A stretch of 64,000 nucleotides of DNA from NCBI RefSeq assembly GCF_009914755.1, contig NC_060948.1; one strand, written 5' to 3'. The translations under genes and the position numbers were made by a program. Shown piece after piece: positions 42,558 through 56,843 of this stretch. Position 1 is the first letter of the stretch; each line of letters opens with the position of its first letter. Source of the DNA: the human T2T-CHM13v2.0 reference genome, Homo sapiens. The notes beneath the pieces were generated by a model. It was not told the DNA's origin, did no database searches, and worked only from the letters and a program-made list of their open reading frames with translations.

Positions 42558-45500
42558 TGGACAGGCCTGGAATAAAGTGGAATGCTACGGTCTCGAATGG
42601 AATAAAAATGTATGGAATGGAATCCAATGAAACGGAATCGAATGTCATAGAATGTAATGGAATGCAAAAAAATGGAATCCAAAATCATTGACTGGAAAGG
42701 CTGGGTGTAGAAAGGAATTGACCCCAATGGAATGGAATCGAATGGAATGGAAGTGAATAGAATCGAACTAAATCGAATGGAATGGAATTGATAGGAACGG
42801 AATGGAAAAGAATGTAATGATTTGGCATGGAATGGAATCGAATGGCATCGAATGGAATGGAATGGAATGCAATGGAATGGAATGTATTAGAATGTAATGA
42901 ACTTTAATGGAATGTACTCGAATGGATTCGACTGGAATGGAATGTTCTGGAAGTGAATGGACTCCAATGGAATGGATTCAAAAGGAATGGAATCGTACGG
43001 AATGGAAACTAATGGAATGGAATTAAATGGAAATGAATCAAATTGAATAGCACGGAATTGAATTGAATGGAATCGAATGCAATGGAATCTAATGAAACGG
43101 AAAGGAAAGGAATGGAATGGAATGGAATGGGCTGGAATGGAACGGAATCGAAACGAATGGAATGGAATCGAACTGAAGAGACTGGAATGGAATGCACTGG
43201 AATGGAAGGGAGTGTAATGGAAGGTTCTCGAAAAAAATGGAATCGAATGGAATGGAATTGAATGGAACGGAATAGAGTCGAATGGAATTGAATGGAATGG
43301 AATGGACTAGAGTGAAATGGAATCGAACCACAAGGAATGGACAGGAATAGAATGGTCTCGAATTGAATGGAATCGTATGGAATGGCATCAAACGGAATGG
43401 AATGGACAGCCACGGAATGGAATACACTCGAATGCAATGGAGTCGAAACTAAAGGACTGGAATAGAATGGACTCGACTGGTACGGACTCCAATGGAATGG
43501 AATCGAATGGAAGGGAATCGATCGCAATGGACTCGAAGGGAAAAGACTGCAATGGAAAGGTCTCGAATGGAATGGAAATTAATGGAATGGAATGGAATCG
43601 AATGAAATGGAGTCAAAAGGAATGGAATCGAATGGCAAGAAATCGAATGTAATGGAATCGCAAGGAATTGATGTGAACGGAACGGAAAGGAATGGAATCC
43701 AAAGGAATGGAATAGAATGGAATGGAATCGAATGGAAAGGACTCGAATGGAAATCACTCGAATAGAATGCAATTTAATAAAATAGGATCAAATGTAATGG
43801 AATGGAATGGAAAGGAATCGAAACGAAAGGAATGGAGACAGATGGAATGGAATGGAACAGAGAGCAATGGTATAGAATGGAATGGAATCATCTGGAATGG
43901 AATTGAATGGAATGGAATAATATGAAATGGAATGGAATGGAATGGAATGGAATGCCCTTGAATTAAATGGACTGGAATGGAATGGACTCGAACAGAGTGG
44001 AATGGAAAGTGTTGAAATAGAACGGAATGGACTCCTTTGGAATGGTCTAGTATGCAATGCAATCGACTGGCAGGGAATCAAAAGGAATGTAATGGAATGG
44101 ATTGGACTGGAATGCAATGGACTCGAATAGATTGGAAACGGAATACAAAGGAATGGAATGGAATAGTATGGAATGGAATGGAAAGGAATGGAGTGGAATA
44201 GACTAGAGTGGAATGGAATGGACTGGAAAGCAATGGACTGGAATGGAACTTTCTTGAATGGACTGGAATCAAACGGAATGGAATGCAATGCAATCAAATG
44301 GCATGGAATAAAATAGAATGAAAGAGAATCAAATGGAATTGAATCGAATGGAATCGAATGGATTGGAAAGGAATAGAATGGAATGGAATGGAATTGACTC
44401 AAATGGAATGGACTAGAATGGAATGGATTCGAATGGAAGGCAAAGGAATGGAATCTATTGGAATGGACTGTAATGGAATGGAATGGAAGGGATTGGAATG
44501 GACTCGAATGGAATGGACTGCAATAGAAAGGATTCGAATGGAATGAAAAAGAATTGAATGGAATAGAACAGAATGGAATCAAATCGAATGAAATGGAATG
44601 GAATAGAAAGGAATGGAATGAAATGGAATGGAAAGGATTCGAATGGAATGCAATCGAATGGAATGGAATCGAACGGAATGGAATAAAATGGAAGAAAACT
44701 GGCAAGAAATGGAATCGAAATGAATGGAGTGTTATGGAACGGACTCAAAAGGAATTGAATGTAATAGAATGGAGTGGAGTGGACTCGAATATAATGGACT
44801 GGAATGGAATGAAATCACATGGAATGGGAACGAATGGAATGGAATGGAAAGGAATGGAATCGAATGGAAAGGAATCGAATGGAAGGGAATGAAATTGAAT
44901 CAACAGGAATGGAAGGGAATAGAATAGACGGTAATGGAATGGACTCGAATAGAATGGACACGAATGCTCAAATTGAATGGACTCGAATGGAATGGAAACG
45001 AAAGGAATGTCATCGAATGGAATTGAATCGATTGGAATGAAATCGCATAGAATGGAGTGGAATCAAATGGAATTGAATCGAAAGGAAAGGAAGCGAATGG
45101 ACTGAAATGAAATGGAATGGAATTGAATGGAAAGTAATGCAATGGAATAGAATGGAACGAAATTTCACGGAATGGAATCAAACTGAATGGAATCAAGTCA
45201 ATGGAATCAAATCAAATGGAATGGAAAGGAATTGAATGGAGTAGATTGGATTGGATGGGATTGGAATGAAATGTACTGGAAAGGACTCGAATTTCATGAA
45301 ACGGAATGGAATGAATTGGAACGGAATGGACTCGAATGGAATGGAATGTCATGGAATGGCATCAAATGGAATGGCATCAAATGGAATGGAATCGAATGCA
45401 ATGGAATGCTATGGAATGGAATGGAATGCATTGGAATGGAATGTCCTCTAATGGAATGGATTCGAGTGGAATGGAATCGAATATAATGGAGTCGAATGAA

Positions 45501-46126
45501 ATGGAATTGAAAGGAATGGGATCGAATAGAATGGAATATACTGGAATGTAATGTAATGAACTCGAATGTAATTGACTGGAATGGAATGTACATGAATGGA
45601 ATGTAATCGAATGGAAAGTAATCCAATGGAATAGAATCTAATGCAATAAAATCGACTCAGATAGAGTAGAATGTAATGGAATGGAGTGCAGTGCAATGGA
45701 ATGGAATGGAATGGAATGGAATGGAATGGAATGGAATGGAATGCAATGGAATGGAATGGAATGGAATGGGATGGAATGGTATGGAATGGATAGTAATGGA
45801 CTGGAGTGAAATGGACTGGAAAGGAATGGACTCAAATTGAAAGGGCTCGAAAGGAATGGAGTCAAATGGAATGGTCTGGAATGGAATGAACACGAATGTA
45901 ATGCAATCCAATAGAATGGAATCGAATGGCATGGAATATAAAGAAATGGAATCGAAGAGAATGGAAACAAATGGAATGGAATTGAATGGAATGGAATTGA
46001 ATGGAATGGGAACGAATGGAGTGAAATTGTATGCAGTAGAAGAGAATAGAATGGAATGCAAGCGAAAGGAAAGGAATGGATTGGAATGGAATGGAATTCA
46101 TTGGAATGGAAGGGAATGTAGTGTAA
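42558..46126 (+). repeat. DYZ1 unit 13 (3569 bp)
   Basis: Landmark at 42558. Confidence 0.9.
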
Positions 46127-49100
46127 TGGACAGGCCTGGAATAAAGTGGAATGCTACGGTCTCGAATGGAATAAAAATGTATGGAATGGAATGCAATGAA
46201 ACGGAATCGAATGTCATAGAATGTAATGGAATGCAAAAAAATGGAATCCAAAATCATTGACTGGAAAGGCTGGGTGTCGAAAGGAATTGACTCCAATGGA
46301 ATGGAATCGAATGGAATGGAAGTGAATAGAATCGAACTAAATCGAATGGAATGGAATTGATAGGAACGGAATGGAAAGGAATGCAATGATTTGGCATGGA
46401 ATGGAATCGAATGGCATCGAATGGAATGGAATGGAATGCAATGGAATGGAATGTATTAGAATGTAATGAACTTTAATGGAATGTACTCGAATGGATTCGA
46501 CTGGAATGGAATGTTCTGGAAGTGAATGGACTCCAATGGAATGGATTCAAAAGGAATGGAATCGTACGGAATGGAATCTAATGGAATGGAATTAAATGGA
46601 AATGAATCAAATTGAATAGCACGGAATTGAATTGAATGGAATGAAATGCAATGGAATCTAATGAAACGGAAAGGAAAGGAATGGAATGGAATGGAATGGG
46701 CTGGAATGGAAAGGAATCGAAACGAATGGAATGGAATCGAACTGAAGAGACTGGAATGGAATGCACTGGAATGGAAGGGAGTGTAATGGAAGGTTCTCGA
46801 AAGAAATGGAATGGAATGGAATGGAATTGAATGGAACGGAATAGAGTCGAATGGAATTGAATGGAATGGAATGGACTAGAGTGAAATGGAATCGAACCAC
46901 AAGGAATGGACGGGAATAGAATGGTCTCGAATTGAATGGAATCGTATGGAATGGCATCAAACGGAATGGAATGGACAGCCACGGAATGGAATGCACTCGA
47001 ATGCAATGGAGTCGAAACTAATGGACTGGAATAGAATGGACTCGACTGGTACGGACTCCAATGGAATGGAATCGAATGGAAGGGAATCGAACGGAATGGA
47101 CTCGAAGGGAAAAGACTGCAATGGAAAGGTCTCGAATGGAATGGAAATTAATGGAATGGAATGGAATCGAATGAAATGGAGTCAAAAGGAATGGAATCGA
47201 ATGGCAAGAAATCGAATGTAATGGAATCGCAAGGAATTGATGTGAACGGAACGGAATGGAATGGAATCCAAAGGAATGGAATAGAATGGAATGGAATCGA
47301 ATGGAAAGGACTCGAATGGAAATCACTCGAATAGAATGCAATTTAATAAAATAGGATCAAATGTAATGGAATGGAATGGAAAGGAATCGAAACGAAAGGA
47401 ATGGAGACAGATGGAATGGAATGGAACAGAGAGCAATGGTATAGAATGGAATGGAATCATCTGGAATGGAATTGAATGGAATGGAATAATATGAAATGGA
47501 ATGGAATGGAATGGAATGGAATGGAATGGAATGCCCTTGAATTAAATGGACTGGAATGGAATGGACTCGAACAGAGTGGAATGGAAAGTGTTGAGATAGA
47601 ATTGAATGGACTCCTTTGGAATGGAGTAGTATGCAATGCAATCGACTGGCAGGGAATCAAAAGGAATGTAATCGAATGGATTGGACTGGAATGCAATGGA
47701 CTCGAATAGATTGGAAACGGAATGCAAAGGAATGGAATGGAATAGTATGGAATGGAATGGAAAGGAATGGAGTGGAATAGACTAGAGTGGAATGGAATGG
47801 ACTGGAAAGCAATGGACTGGAATGGAACTTTCTTGAATGGACTGGAATCAAACGGAATGGAATGCAATGCAATCAAATGGCATGGAATAAAATAGAATGA
47901 AAGAGAATCAAATGGAATTGAATCGAATGGAATCGAATGGATTGGAAAGGAATAGAATGGAATGGAATGGAATTGACTCAAATGGAATGGACTAGAATGG
48001 AATGGATTCGAATGGAAGGCAAAGGAATGGAATCTATTGGAATGGACTGTAATGGAATGGAATGGAAAGGATTGGAATGGACTCGAATGGAATGGACTGC
48101 AATAGAAAGGATTCGAATGGAATGAAAAAGAATTGAATGGAATAGAACAGAATGGAATCAAATCGAATGAAATGGAATGGAATAGAAAGGAATGGAATGA
48201 AATGGAATGGAAAGGATTCGAATGGAATGCAATCGAATGGAATGGAATCGAACGGAATGGAATAAAATGGAAGAAAACTGGCAAGAAATGGAATCGAAAT
48301 GAATGGAGTGTTATGGAACGGACTCAAAAGGAATTGAATGTAATAGAATGGAGTGGAGTGGACTCGAATATAATGGACTGGAATGGAATGAAATCACATG
48401 GAATGGGAACGAATGGAATGGAATGGAAAGGAATGGAATCGAATGGAAAGGAATCGAATGGAAGGGAATGAAATTGAATCAACAGGAATGGAAGGGAATA
48501 GAATAGACGGTAATGGAATGGACTCGAATAGAATGGACACGAATGCTCAAATTGAATGGACTCGAATGGAATGGAAACGAAAGGAATGTCATCGAATGGA
48601 ATTGAATCGATTGGAATGAAATCGCATAGAATGGAGTGGAATCAAATGGAATTGAATCGAAAGGAAAGGAAGCGAATGGACTGAAATGAAATGGAATGGA
48701 ATTGAATGGAAAGTCATGCAATGGAATAGAATGGAACGAAATTTCACGGAATGGAATCAAACTGAATGGAATCAAATCAATGGAATCAAATCAAATGGAA
48801 TGGAAAGGAATTGAATGCAGTAGATTGGATTGGATGGGATTGGAATGAAATGTACTGGAAAGGACTCGAATTTCATGAAACGGAATGGAATGAATTGGAA
48901 CGGAATGGACTCGAATGGAATGGAATGTCATGGAATGGCATCAAATGGAATGGCATCAAATGGAATGGAATCGAATGCAATGGAATGCTATTTAATGGAA
49001 TGGAATGCATTGGAATGGAATGTCCTCTAATGGAATGGATTCGAGTGGAATGGAATCGAATATAATGGAGTCGAATGAAATGGAATTGAAAGGAATGGGA

Positions 49101-49690
49101 CCGAATACAATGGAATATACTGCAATGTAATGTAATGAACTGGAATGTAATTGACTGGAATGGAATGTACATGAATGGAATGTAATCGAATGGAAAGTAA
49201 TCCAATGGAATAGAATCTAATGCAATAAAATCGACTCAGATAGAGTAGAATGTAATGGAATGGAGTGCAGTGCAATGGAATGGAATGAAATGGAATGCAA
49301 TGGAATGGAATGGAATGCAATGGAATGGAATGGAATGGAATGGAATGGGATGGAATGCTATGGAATGTATAGTAATGGACTGGAGTGAAATGGACTGGAA
49401 AGGAATGGACTCAAATTGAAAGGGCTCGAAAGGAATGGAGTCAAATGGAATGGTCTGGAATGGAATGAACACGAATGTAATGCAATCCAATAGAATGGAA
49501 TCGAATGGCATGGAATATAAAGAAATGGAATCGAAGAGAATGGAAACAAATGGAATGGAATTGAATGGAATGGGAACGAATGGAGTGAAATTGTATGCAG
49601 TAGAAGGGAATAGAATGGAATGCAAGCGAAAGGAAAGGAATGGATTGGAATGGAATGGAATTCATTGGAATGGAAGGGAATGTAGTGTAA
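46127..49690 (+). repeat. DYZ1 unit 14 (3564 bp, canonical DYZ1 length)
   Basis: Landmark at 46127; next landmark at 49691. Confidence 0.9.
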
Positions 49691-52600
49691 TGGACAGGCC
49701 TGGAATAAAGTGGAATGCTACGGTCTCGAATGGAATAAAAATGTATGGAATGGAATGCAATGAAACGGAATCGAATGTCATAGAATGTAATGGAATGCAA
49801 AAAAATGGAATCCAAAATCATTGACTGGAAAGGCTGGGTGTCGAAAGGAATTGACTCCAATGGAATGGAATCGAATGGAATGGAAGTGAATAGAATCGAA
49901 CTAAATCGAATGGAATGGAATTGATAGGAACGGAATGGAAAGGAATGCAATGATTTGGCATGGAATGGAATCGAATGGCATCGAATGGAATGGAATGGAA
50001 TGCAATGGAATGGAATGTATTAGAATGTAATGAACTTTAATGGAATGTACTCGAATGGATTCGACTGGAATGGAATGTTCTGGAAGTGAATGGACTCCAA
50101 TGGAATGGATTCAAAAGGAATGGAATCGTACGGAATCGAAACTAATGGAATGGAATTAAATGGAAATGAATCAAATTGAATAGCACGGAATTGAATTCAA
50201 TGGAATCGAATGCAATGGAATCTAATGAAACGGAAAGGAAAGGAATGGAATGGAATGGAATGGGCTGGAATGGAAAGGAATCGAAACGAATGGAATGGAA
50301 TCGAACTGAAGAGACTGGAATGGAATGCACTGGAATGGAAGGGAGTGTAATCGAAGGTTCTCGAAAAAAATGGAATCGAATGGAATGCAATTGAATGGAA
50401 CGGAATAGAGTCGAATGGAATTGAATGGAATGGAATGGACTAGAGTGAAATGGAATCGAACCACAAGGAATGGACAGGAATAGAATGGTCTCGAATTGAA
50501 TGGAATCGTATGGAATGGCATCAAACGGAATGGAATGGACAGCCACGGAATGGAATGCACTCGAATGCAATGGAGTCGAAACTAATGGACTGGAATAGAA
50601 TGGACTCGACTGGTACGGACTCCAATGGAATGGAATCGAATGGAAGGGAATCGATCGGAATGGACTCGAAGGGAAAAGACTGCAATGGAAAGGTCTCGAA
50701 TGGAATGGAAATTAATGGAATGGAATGGAATCGAATGAAATGGAGTCAAAAGGAATGCAATCGAATGGCAAGAAATCGAATGTAATGGAATCGCAAGGAA
50801 TTGATGTGAACGGAACGGAATGGAATGGAATCCAAAGGAATGGAATAGAATGGAATGGAATCGAATGGAAAGGACTCAAATGGAAATCACTCGAATAGAA
50901 TGCAATTTAATAAAATAGGATCAAATGTAATGGAATGGAATGGAAAGGAATCGAAACTAAAGGAATGGAGACAGATGGAATGGAATGGAACAGAGAGCAA
51001 TGGTATAGAATGGAATGGAATCATCTGGAATGGAATTGAATGGAATGGAATAATATGAAATGGAATGGAATGGAATGGAATGGAATGCCCTTGAATTAAA
51101 TGGACTGGAATGGAATGGACTCGAACAGAGTGGAATGGAAAGTGTTGAGATAGAATCGAATGGACTCCTTCGGAATGGTCTAGTATGCAATGCAATCGAC
51201 TGGCAGGGAATCAAAAGGAATGTAATCGAATGGATTGGACTGGAATGCAATGGACTCGAATAGATTGGAAACGGAATGCAAAGGAATGGAATGGAATAGT
51301 ATGGAATGGAATGGAAAGGAATGGAGTGGAATAGATTAGAGTGGAATGGAATGGACTGGAAAGCAATGGACTGGAATGGAACTTTCTTGAATGGACTGGA
51401 ATCAAACGGAATGGAATGCAATGCAATCAAATGGCATGGAATAAAATAGAATGAAAGAGAATCAAATGGAATTGAATCGAATGGAATCGAATGGATTGGA
51501 AAGGAATAGAATGGAATGGAATGGAATTGACTCAAATGGAATGGACTAGAATGGAATGGATTCGAATGGAAGGCAAAGGAATGGAATCTATTGGAAGGGA
51601 CTGTAATGGAATGGAATGGAAGGGATTGGAATGGACTCGAATGGAATGGACTGCAATAAAAAGGATTCGAATGGAATGAAAAAGAATTGAATGGAATAGA
51701 ACAGAATGGAATCAAATCGAATGAAATGGAATGGAATAGAAAGGAATGGAATGAAATGGAATGGAAAGGATTCGAATGGAATGCAATCGAATGGAATGGA
51801 ATCGAACGGAATGGAATAAAATGGAAGAAAACTGGCAAGAAATGGAATCGAAATGAATGGAGTGTTATGGAACGGACTCAAAAGGAATTGAATGTAATAG
51901 AATGGAGTGGAGTGGACTCGAATATAATGGACTGGAATGGAATGAAATCACATGGAATGGGAACGAATGGAATGGAATGGAAAGGAATGGAATCGAATGG
52001 AAAGGAATCGAATGGAAGGGAATGAAATTGAATCAACAGGAATGGAAGGGAATAGAATAGACGATAATGGAATGGACTCGAATAGAATGGACACGAATGC
52101 TCAAATTGAATGGACTCGAATGGAATGGAAACGAAAGGAATGTCATCGAATGGAATTGAATCGATTGGAATGAAATCGCATAGAATGGAGTGGAATCAAA
52201 TGGAATTGAATCGAAAGGAAAGGAAGCGAATGGACTGAAATGAAATGGAATGGAATTGAATGGAAAGTAATGCAATGGAATAGAATGGAACGAAATTTCA
52301 CGGAATGGAATCAAACTGAATGGAATCAAATCAATGGAATCAAATCAAATGGAATGGAAAGGAATTGAATGGAGTAGATTGGATTGGATGGGATTGGAAT
52401 GAAATGTACTGGAAAGGACTCGAATTTCATGAAACGGAATGGAATGAATTGGAACGGAATGGACTCGAATGGAATGGAATGTCATGGAATGGCATCAAAT
52501 GGAATGGCATCAAATGGAATGGAATCGAATGCAATGGAATGCTATGGAATGGAATGGAATGCATTGGAATGGAATGTCCTCTAATGGAATGGATTCGAGT

Positions 52601-53259
52601 GGAATGGAATCGAATATAATGGAGTCGAATGAAATGGAATTGAAAGGAATGGGATCGAATACAATGGAATATACTGGAATGTAATGTAATGAACTCGAAT
52701 GTAATTGACTGGAATGGAATGTACATGAATGGAATGTAATCGAATGGAAAGTAATCCAATGGAATAGAATCTAATGCAATAAAATCGACTCAGATAGAGT
52801 AGAATGTAATGGAATGGAGTGCAGTGCAATGGAATGGAATGGAATGGAATGCAATGGAATGGAATGGAATGGAATGGAATGGAATGGAATGGAATGGAAT
52901 GGAATGGGATGGGATGGGATGGAATGGTATGGAATGGATAGTAATGGACTGGAGTGAAATGGACTGGAAAGGAATGGACTCAAATTGAAAGGGCTCGAAA
53001 GGAATGGAGTCAAATGGAATGGTCTGGAATGGAATGAACACGAATGTAATGCAATCCAATAGAATGGAATCGAATGGCATGGAATATAAAGAAATGGAAT
53101 CGAAGAGAATGGAAACAAATGGAATGGAATTGAATGGAATGGGAACGAATGGAGTGAAATTGTATGCAGTAGAAGGGAATAGAATGGAATGCAAGCGAAA
53201 GGAAAGGAATGGATTGGAATGGAATGGAATTCATTGGAATGGAAGGGAATGTAGTGTAA
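49691..53259 (+). repeat. DYZ1 unit 15 (3569 bp)
   Basis: Landmark at 49691. Confidence 0.9.
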
Positions 53260-56200
53260 TGGACAAGCCTGGAATAAAGTGGAATGCTACGGTCTCGAAT
53301 GGAATAAAAATGTATGGAATGGAATGCAATGAAACGGAATCGAATGTCATAGAATGTAATGGAATGCAAAAAAATGGAATCCAAAATCATTGACTGGAAA
53401 GGCTGGGTGTCGAAAGGAATTGACTCCAATGGAATGGAATCGAATGGAATGGAAGTGAATAGAATCGAACTAAATCGAATGGAATGGAATTGATAGGAAC
53501 GGAATGGAAATGAATGCAATGATTTGGCATGGAATGGAATCGAATGGCATCGAATGGAATGGAATGGAATGGAATGCAATGGAATGGAATGTATTAGAAT
53601 GTAATGAACTTTAATGGAATGTACTCGAATGGATTCGACTGGAATGGAATGTTCTGGAAGTGAATGGACTCCAATGGAATGGATTCAAAAGGAATGGAAT
53701 CGTACGGAATGGAATCTAATGGAATGGAATTAAATGGAAATGAATCAAATTGAATAGCACGGAATTGAATTGAATGGAATGGAATGCAATGGAATCTAAT
53801 GAAACGGAAAGGAAAGGAATGGAATGGAATGGAATGGGCTGGAATGGAAAGGAATCGAAACGAATGGAATGGAATCGAACTGAAGAGACTGGAATGGAAT
53901 GCACTGGAATGGAAGGGAGTGTAATGGAAGGTTCTCGAAAAAAATTGAATCGAATGGAATGGAATTGAATGGAACGGAAGAGAGTCGAATGGAATTGAAT
54001 GGAATGGAATGGACTAGAGTGAAATGGAATCGAACCACAAGGAATGGACAGGAATAGAATGGTCTCGAATTGAATGGAATCATATGGAATGGCATCAAAC
54101 GGAATGGAATGGACAGCCACGGAATGGAATGCACTCGAATGCAATGGAGTCGAAACTAATGGACTGGAATAGAATGGACTCGACTGGTACAGACTCCAAT
54201 GGAATGGAATCGAATGGAAGGGAATCGAACGGAATGGACTCGAAGGGAAAAGACTGCAATGGAAAGGTCTCGAATGGAATGGAAATTAATGGAATGGAAT
54301 GGAATCGAATGAAATGGAGTCAAAAGGAATGGAATCGAATGGCAAGAAATCGAATGTAATGGAATCGCAAGGAATTGATGTGAACGGAACGGAATGGAAT
54401 GGAATCCAAAGGAATGGAATAGAATGGAATGGAATCGAATGGAAAGGACTCGAATGGAAATCACTCGAATAGAATGCAATTTAATAAAATAGGATCAAAT
54501 GTAATGGAATGGAATGGAAAGGAATCGAAACGAAAGGAATGGAGACAGATGGAATGGAATGGAACAGAGAGCAATGGTATAGAATGGAATGGAATCATCT
54601 GGAATGGAATTGAATGGAATGGAATAATATGAAATGGAATGGAATGGAATGGAATGGAATGCCCTTGAATTAAATGGACTGGAATGGACTGGACTCGAAC
54701 AGAGTGGAATGGAAAGTGTTGAGATAGAATGGAATGGACTCGTTTGGAATGGTCTAGTATGCAATGCAATCGACTGGCAGGGAATCAAAAGGAATGTAAT
54801 CGAATGGATTGGACTGGAATGCAATGGACTCGAATAGATTGGAAACGGAATGCAAAGGAATGGAATGGAATAGTATGGAATGGAATGGAAAGGAATGGAG
54901 TGGAATAGACTAGAGTGGAATGGAATGGACTGGAAAGCAATGGACTGGAATGGAACTTTCTTGAATGGACTGGAATCAAACGGAATGGAATGCAATGCAA
55001 TCAAATGGCATGGAATAAAATAGAATGAAAGAGAATCAAATGGAATTGAATCGAATGGAATCGAATGGATTGGAAAGGAATAGAATGGAATGGAATGGAA
55101 TTGACTCAAATGGAATGGACTAGAATGGAATGGATTCGAATGGAAGGCAAAGGAATGGAATCTATTGGAATGGACTGTAATGGAATGGAATGGAAGGGAT
55201 TGGAATGGACTCGAATGGAATGGACTGCAATAGAAAGGATTCGAATGGAATGAAAAAGAATTGAATGGAATAGAACAGAATGGAATCAAATCGAATGAAA
55301 TGGAATGGAATAGAAAGGAATGGAATGAAATGGAATGGAAAGGATTCGAATGGAATGCAATCGAATGGAATGGAATCGAACGGAATGGAATAAAATGGAA
55401 GAAAACTGGCAAGAAATGGAATCGAAATGAATGGAGTGTTATGGAACGGACTCAAAAGGAATTGAATGTAATAGAATGGAGTGGAGTGGACTCGAATATA
55501 ATGGACTGGAATGGAATGAAATCACATGGAATGGGAACGAATGGAATGGAATGGAAAGGAATGGAATCGAATGGAAAGGAATCGAATGGAAGGGAATGCA
55601 ATTGAATCAACAGGAATGGAAGGGAATAGAATAGACGGTAATGGAATGGACTCGAATAGAATGGACACGAATGCTCAAATTGAATGGACTCGAATGGAAT
55701 GGAAACGAAAGGAATGTCATCGAATGGAATTGAATCGATTGGAATGAAATCGCATAGAATGGAGTGGAATCAAATGGAATTGAATCGAAAGGAAAGGAAG
55801 CGAATGGACTGAAATGAAATGGAATGGAATTGAATGGAAAGTAATGCAATGGAATAGAATGGAACGAAATTTCACGGAATGGAATCAAACTGAATGGAAT
55901 CAAATCAATGGAATCTAATCAAATGGAATGGAAAGGAATTGAATGGAGTAGATTGGATTGGATGGGATTGGAATGAAATGTACTGGAAAGGACTCGAATT
56001 TCATGAAACGGAATGGAATGAATTGGAACGGAATGGACTCGAATGGAATGGAATGTCATGGAATGGCATCAAATGGAATGGCATCAAATGGAATGGAATC
56101 GAATGCAATGGAATGCTATGGAATGGAATGGAATGCATTGGAATGGAATGTCCTCTAATGGAATGGATTCGAGTGGAATGGAATCGAATATAATGGAGTC

Positions 56201-56843
56201 GAATGAAATGGAATTGAAAGGAATGGGATCGAATACAATGGAATATACTGGAATGTAATGTAATGAACTCGAATGTAATTGACTGGAATGGAATGTACAT
56301 GAATGGAATGTAATCGAATGGAAAGTAATCCAATGGAATAGAATCTAATGCAATAAAATCGACTCAGATAGAGTAGAATGTAATGGAATGGAGTGCAGTG
56401 CAATGGAATGGAATGGAATGGAATGCAATGGAATGGAATGGAATGGAATGAAATGGAATGGAATGGAATGGAATGGGATGGGATGGGATGGAATGGTATG
56501 GAATGGATAGTAATGGACTGGAGTGAAATGGACTGGAAAGGAATGGACTCAAATTGAAAGGGCTCGAAAGGAATGGAGTCAAATGGAATGGTCTGGAATG
56601 GAATGAACACGAATGTAATGCAATCCAATAGAATGGAATCGAATGGCATGGAATATAAAGAAATGGAATCGAAGAGAATGGAAACAAATGGAATGGAATT
56701 GAATGGAATGGAATTGAATGGAATGGGAACGAATGGAGTGAAATTGTATGCAGTAGAAGGGAATAGAATGGAATGCAAGCGAAAGGAAAGGAATGGATTG
56801 GAATGGAATGGAATTCATTGGAATGGAAGGGAATGTAGTGTAA
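53260..56843 (+). repeat. DYZ1 unit 16 (3584 bp); HaeIII site mutated (AAGCCT)
   Basis: Landmark tggacaagcctggaataaag at 53260. Confidence 0.9.
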
